NCBI GenBank assembly: GCA_963719225.1
Contig: CAVRAY010000001.1
Coordinates: forward strand, 832,001 to 896,000
Source: Thermoanaerobaculia bacterium
GTDB lineage: Bacteria; Acidobacteriota; Thermoanaerobaculia; UBA5066
DNA length: 64,000 bases
Direction: 5' to 3'
The first letter of the stretch is position 1; every line of letters starts with the position of its first letter. Positions 59,698-64,000 of this stretch are shown one piece after another. A program made the position numbers and the translations under genes. The notes beneath the pieces were generated by a model that made no database searches, had not been told where the DNA came from, and saw only the letters and a program-made list of their open reading frames with translations.

Positions 59698-61148
59698 CGC
59701 CGCGTGAAATCGCCGCGCTCGCGGCCGCGGCGCCCAGCGTCACGGTCGCGGTCGCGGGAGACCTCATGCTCGACGAGACGTGGGTCGGCTCCGTCGAGCG
59801 GGTCGCGCCGGAGGCGCCCGTCCCGCTCCTCTCCCTCGCGGCGATGAGCCGGCGGGCGGGTGGGGCCGGAAACGTCGTCGAGAACCTCGCGTGTCTCGGG
59901 GCGCGCGTGGTCACGCTGGGCGCCGTCGGGCCCGGAGAGGAGGGCGCCTGGCTCGCGCGGCGGCTGACGACGCTGCCGGGGGCTTCGGGCACGATCGTCG
60001 TCGATCCGCTGCGTGCGACGCCCGTCAAGCGCCGCATGGTTTCCGAGGGGCGCCAGATGCTGCGCGTGGACGAGGAGATCGCGTCCGCGCTGTCGCCGTC
60101 CGCCGAGCGCGCGCTCGTCGCGGCCGCGCGCCAGGCCGTGGACGCCGCCGACGTACTCCTTCTCTCCGACTATGCGAAGGGCACGCTCACCCCCGCTCTC
60201 ATGACGGCCCTGCTCGAGGCCGCGCGCGCGAAAGGAATTCCCGCGCTCGTCGATCCGAAAGGGCGCGATTACGCGCGGTACAAGGGCGCGACGGTGGTGA
60301 CGCCGAATCGCCGCGAGCTCGAGGCCGTGGCCGGCGAGCCGGCGCGCGACCTTCAAGCCGTCGCCCGCCTCGGGGCTCGGCTGAGGGACGAGCTGGGCCT
60401 CGAAGCGCTTCTCGTGAAGCTCTCGGAGGAAGGCATGCTGCTCCTCGCGCGCGGCCGCGAGCCGCGGCGCATCACGGCCCACGCCCGGGAGGTGTTCGAC
60501 GTGACGGGCGCGGGGGACACGGTCCTCGCGGCCTTCGGCGTGGCCGTGGGCTGCGGTCTCGGTCTTTTCGAGGCCGCCGAGGTCGCGAACCGCGCGGCGA
60601 GCTTTGCGGTCGCCCGCGTGGGCACGGCCCCCGTGCACTGGGCGGACCTTTTCGAAGGGGCGGCAGGATCGCCGCACGAGAAGGTCCTCGACCGCGCGCA
60701 CCTTTCCGCGGTTTCGTCGATGCTCCGGCGTGCCCACAAGAGCGTCGTATTCACGAACGGATGCTTCGACCTCCTGCATCCCGGGCACGTGAAGCTCCTC
60801 ACGCAGGCGCGGAAGGCCGGCGACGTCCTCGTCGTCGGCCTCAATAGCGACGCCTCGGTGAAGCGGCTGAAGGGCGACGGGCGGCCGATCCTCTCCGAGG
60901 CCGACCGCGCGCAGGTGCTCGGAGGCCTCGACGCCGTGGACTTCGTCGTCGTCTTCGACGAGGACACGCCCGAAGCCCTCATCCGGGAATTGCGTCCGCA
61001 GACGCTCGTCAAGGGCGGCGACTATACGGAAGCCACCGTCGTCGGCGCCCCCTTCGTGCGTTCGTACGGAGGCTCCGTCGTGCTCGTCCCCCTCGTCGAG
61101 GGCCTTTCGACCTCCTCGATGGTCACGCGCCTGAAAGGGGGAAGCTGA
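59694..61148 (+). CDS. hldE: Bifunctional heptose-7-phosphate kinase / heptose-1-phosphate adenylyltransferase
   Basis: PEAPVP, SDYAKG, DVTGAGDT; FTNGCFDLLHPGH, KGGDY. Confidence 0.94.
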   Translation: MTPREIAALAAAAPSVTVAVAGDLMLDETWVGSVERVAPEAPVPLLSLAAMSRRAGGAGNVVENLACLGARVVTLGAVGPGEEGAWLARRLTTLPGASGTIVVDPLRATPVKRRMVSEGRQMLRVDEEIASALSPSAERALVAAARQAVDAADVLLLSDYAKGTLTPALMTALLEAARAKGIPALVDPKGRDYARYKGATVVTPNRRELEAVAGEPARDLQAVARLGARLRDELGLEALLVKLSEEGMLLLARGREPRRITAHAREVFDVTGAGDTVLAAFGVAVGCGLGLFEAAEVANRAASFAVARVGTAPVHWADLFEGAAGSPHEKVLDRAHLSAVSSMLRRAHKSVVFTNGCFDLLHPGHVKLLTQARKAGDVLVVGLNSDASVKRLKGDGRPILSEADRAQVLGGLDAVDFVVVFDEDTPEALIRELRPQTLVKGGDYTEATVVGAPFVRSYGGSVVLVPLVEGLSTSSMVTRLKGGS

Positions 61149-61711
61149 TGCGAGCCTATTTCAGCGACCTCGCGGCGCTCGCCGAAGGCGCCGCCCTCTC
61201 GATCGGCCCCGGAGTGGAAAAGGCCGCCCGCCTCGTGGCCGGCGCCGCTCTTTCGGCGCACACGACGTTCGCGTTCGGGAACGGCGGAAGCGCGACGCAG
61301 GCGCAGCACTTCGCGGCCGAGCTCGTCGTCCGTTACCGGGACGACCGTCCCGCGCTCCCGGCCATCGCGCTCGCGGCCGACGTCGCGATCCTGACGGCCT
61401 GTGCGAACGATTACGACTACTCCGTCGTGTTCTCGCGCCAGATCGAGGCGCTCGCGAAGCCGGGCGACGTGGCCGTCGGGATCACGACGTCGGGCGGAAG
61501 CGCGAACGTGCTGAAGGCGCTCGAGGCGGCGAAGGAACGCGGCCTCACGACCATTTTGCTCACCGGCGAGAAGGGCCGTGCCGAAGCCGCGCGATGGGAC
61601 GTCGGCATCGTCGTTCCGTCGTCGGAAACCGCCCACGTGCAGGAGCTGCACCTCGCCGCGCTTCACCTCATCTGCCGTTTCGTGGACGACGAGCGGGCCC
61701 GCAGGGGCTGA
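61148..61711 (+). CDS. gmhA: Phosphoheptose isomerase
   Basis: GNGGSA..AQHFAAE, ANDY, TTSG.S.NV, QELH. Confidence 0.93.
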   Translation: MRAYFSDLAALAEGAALSIGPGVEKAARLVAGAALSAHTTFAFGNGGSATQAQHFAAELVVRYRDDRPALPAIALAADVAILTACANDYDYSVVFSRQIEALAKPGDVAVGITTSGGSANVLKALEAAKERGLTTILLTGEKGRAEAARWDVGIVVPSSETAHVQELHLAALHLICRFVDDERARRG

Positions 61712-61718
61712 AGAAGGC

Positions 61719-62366
61719 GTGGAAGACCGAATCGGAGCGGCGGTGAAGACAGTTGCGATCGCGTTCGCCGCATGGTTCGCGGTCGACCGATTCCTGCCTT
61801 CGATTCCGCTCTCGTTCATCGCTCACGAGACCGCGCCCCTCCCGAACGCGCTCAAGGAACCCGTGCAGGGGGAGGGGTCCGCAGCGGAGTTCTCCGAGAC
61901 GCGACGCGGCCGCTCGTTCCGACTAACGCCGCGCGCCTCGTATGACGTGGCCGCGCGCGTCGCGTCGACGGAGCGCTATCGGGCCGGGCTCTCCGGTGAT
62001 CTTCTTCCATGGGACTTTGCGCTCGCCTGGGGAGCCGCGACGAGGGAGCCGGCCTGGTCGCACGTCTCCTACGTGCAGACGGGCCGCTTCTACAACTGGT
62101 CGACACACGATCGCTCGCTCGATCCCGCATACGTCTCGAGCCACACGGCGAACACGCACCTCATCGCGGCGACCGGGCGCATCAGATCGGTGCTCGGGCA
62201 CGTGCACCGAGGGGATGTCGTCCGCCTCGAGGGCGATCTCGTGGACGTGGACGGGCCGGACGGCTTCGTCTGGAAGACGAGCCTCAGCCGGATGGACACG
62301 GGGCCGGGCGCATGCGAGACGCTCTACGTTCGCGCGATCACAGTGGGAATGCGGCGCTACCGCTAG
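61719..62366 (+). CDS. Hypothetical membrane-anchored protein
   Basis: TM helix then DFALAWG, ANTHLI, SLSRMDTGPGACE; function unknown. Confidence 0.65.
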   Translation: MEDRIGAAVKTVAIAFAAWFAVDRFLPSIPLSFIAHETAPLPNALKEPVQGEGSAAEFSETRRGRSFRLTPRASYDVAARVASTERYRAGLSGDLLPWDFALAWGAATREPAWSHVSYVQTGRFYNWSTHDRSLDPAYVSSHTANTHLIAATGRIRSVLGHVHRGDVVRLEGDLVDVDGPDGFVWKTSLSRMDTGPGACETLYVRAITVGMRRYR

Positions 62367-63400
62367 GCCGAGAGCACGTTCTCGATCGCCGCGAGGACGT
62401 CCCCGGGGGTCACCCCCGTCATGCACGCGTGATCGATCGGGCAGACGTCGAACCGGCAGGGCGCGCAAAGCGTCCGTCGCCGGACGAGCGCGAGGCGGAC
62501 GGGTTTTCCGTCCGGGCGCGGCCCGTCCCACGGGCGCGTCGCGTCCGGGTCGGTCGAACCGAAGACGACGACCGTGGGCGTCCCGGCCGCGCTCGCGAGA
62601 TGGGCGAGGCCGGAGTCGTTGCCGAGGAAGAGCCGCGCCTCGGAGAGGATTCCGAGCGCTTCGGGCAGCGACGTCTGGCCTGAAAGGTCGAACATCGCGG
62701 CCTTTTTCGCGAGAGAGGCAGCCTGCGCATTGACTCCCCTCTCCCCCGAGCTCCCGAGAAGCACGACGGGAAGGCCGCGCCGCACGGCCATCGCCTCGAA
62801 GACCGCCGCATACCGCGCGAGGGCCCAGCGCTTGGCGGCGTGCGCGAAGGACGCGACGTGCGCGGCGACGAAGGCGCCCGGGACGCCCGCCGCCGCGAGG
62901 AGCGCGCGGCCCGCATCCCGTGTTTCGCGGGGCACGCCCCACGACACGTCCGGCGCGGCGGGACTCGCCGCCCCCGCCGCCGCGGCGAGACGGAGATGCC
63001 TCCAGACCTGATGTTCGCCCACTCCGAGACGGAGGCGGACGGCCCTCGTGAGGAGAAGGCTTCGGCCGTCGCCGCGAAAGCCGATCCTCTCCGGAATTCC
63101 CGCACGAGCGACGAGCAGCGCCGTCGAGAAGCTCGTCGGGAGGATCACGGCACGTTCGAAGCTCCTCTTTCGGATTTCTTCCACGACGCGCGAACGATCC
63201 GCCCCGGCGGCGCCTTCGTCGGGAGAGTGTTCGAACAGCACCTCGTCGACTTCGGCCGCGAGCCGGTACAGAGCCGCCACCCATGGGCGCGCGACGACGG
63301 CGAGATGGCCGCGTGGATCCGCGGCTTTGAGCGCGCGGAGAGCCGGGCGCGACATCACGACGTCGCCCACCCAGTTCGTCGCGCGAACGAGGGTCCTCAG
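62363..63400 (-). CDS. waaF: LPS heptosyltransferase II (GT9); probable CTG start
   Basis: TLVRATNWVGDVVM N-terminus, AKRW, GNDSGLAHLA, C.PC....CP..H.CM. Confidence 0.9.
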   Translation of the reverse strand: MRTLVRATNWVGDVVMSRPALRALKAADPRGHLAVVARPWVAALYRLAAEVDEVLFEHSPDEGAAGADRSRVVEEIRKRSFERAVILPTSFSTALLVARAGIPERIGFRGDGRSLLLTRAVRLRLGVGEHQVWRHLRLAAAAGAASPAAPDVSWGVPRETRDAGRALLAAAGVPGAFVAAHVASFAHAAKRWALARYAAVFEAMAVRRGLPVVLLGSSGERGVNAQAASLAKKAAMFDLSGQTSLPEALGILSEARLFLGNDSGLAHLASAAGTPTVVVFGSTDPDATRPWDGPRPDGKPVRLALVRRRTLCAPCRFDVCPIDHACMTGVTPGDVLAAIENVLSA

Positions 63401-63999
63401 GTGCCGTCCCCTGTGCGCGCCCGCTCGAGCTCGGCCTCGACGGAAGCGACCGTCCGTTGGAGGGTGCGCCCGCTCGCCTTCGCGCGGCCCGCGGCGATCA
63501 GACGCGCCCTCTCTTCAGCGTCGGAGAGGAGAGAAAACGCGGCGGATTCCCACGCCTCGGGCGCCAGCGACGAGACGAGCGCGCCAGTCGCGCCGTGATC
63601 CGTGAGCTCCGGGATGCCGCCCACCGCGTGGGCCAGGACGGGACAGCCCGCGGCCATCGCCTCGACGAGCGCGAGCGGCGAGCCCTCGCTGTGGGACGGC
63701 AGGAGCAGGAGGTGGCTGGCGGCGAGAGTCGTGGCGACGTCCGCGACCTCGCCTGCGAAAGCGCAGCGGTCCGTGACGCCCGCCGCGGCGGCGCGGGCCT
63801 CGACGGCGGATCGCTGCGGCCCGGAGCCGAGAAACTGCATCGTCGCATCGACGCCGCGACGAACGAGCCGCGCCACGACGTCGACCGCGACGTCCTGCCC
63901 TTTCCGGCCGTCGAAAGCGCCGACGTGCACGAGCCGGAAGGGAGGAGCGGGCGGCACCGGAGCGTCGACGAAAGCCTCGGGAGGAAGCCCGTCGGGGAC
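63397..63999 (-). CDS. Glycosyltransferase family 4 (5' partial)
   Basis: KGQD, PSHSEGSP..LVEAMAAG, GGIPE; frame open to the window edge. Confidence 0.88.
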   Translation of the reverse strand, partial: VPDGLPPEAFVDAPVPPAPPFRLVHVGAFDGRKGQDVAVDVVARLVRRGVDATMQFLGSGPQRSAVEARAAAAGVTDRCAFAGEVADVATTLAASHLLLLPSHSEGSPLALVEAMAAGCPVLAHAVGGIPELTDHGATGALVSSLAPEAWESAAFSLLSDAEERARLIAAGRAKASGRTLQRTVASVEAELERARTGDGT

Positions 64000-64000
64000 G

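Overview
High-GC (roughly 70% by eye), densely coding chromosomal window from a diderm, LPS-producing bacterium. Gene content and order suggest Acidobacteriota (inference). It contains: two ECF sigma/anti-sigma modules; moeA coupled to a KAS II-methyltransferase-flavoprotein trio; a pilB-pilT-pilC-pilS-pilR locus without pilA; lipid A/Kdo/heptose genes (waaC, lpxL, lpxK, waaA, gmhB-hldE-gmhA, waaF); a T2SS/T4P-like cluster (F, E, M/N/O/P-like, secretin, three pseudopilins); purS-purQ...purL (purL has a 1-nt frameshift); pxpBCA; and four toxin-antitoxin-like pairs at operon junctions. I found no rRNA, tRNA, CRISPR array, transposase or integrase. The most interesting signals are unannotated: (1) a recurrent AT-rich palindromic motif TTCTNAGAA with conserved flanks, inside genes and as an inverted pair, behaving like an uptake or nucleoid-binding signal; (2) an ECF/anti-sigma/mini-secretin trio heading the secretion cluster; (3) four apparent CTG starts in CTGA overlaps; (4) about 11 apparently leaderless genes; (5) a bulged-hairpin repeat family, one copy flanked by a 36-bp duplication of a gene 3' end; (6) a triplicated ECF promoter; (7) a doubly deleted mini vapBC. 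All calls come from reading the sequence by eye; no searches were run.
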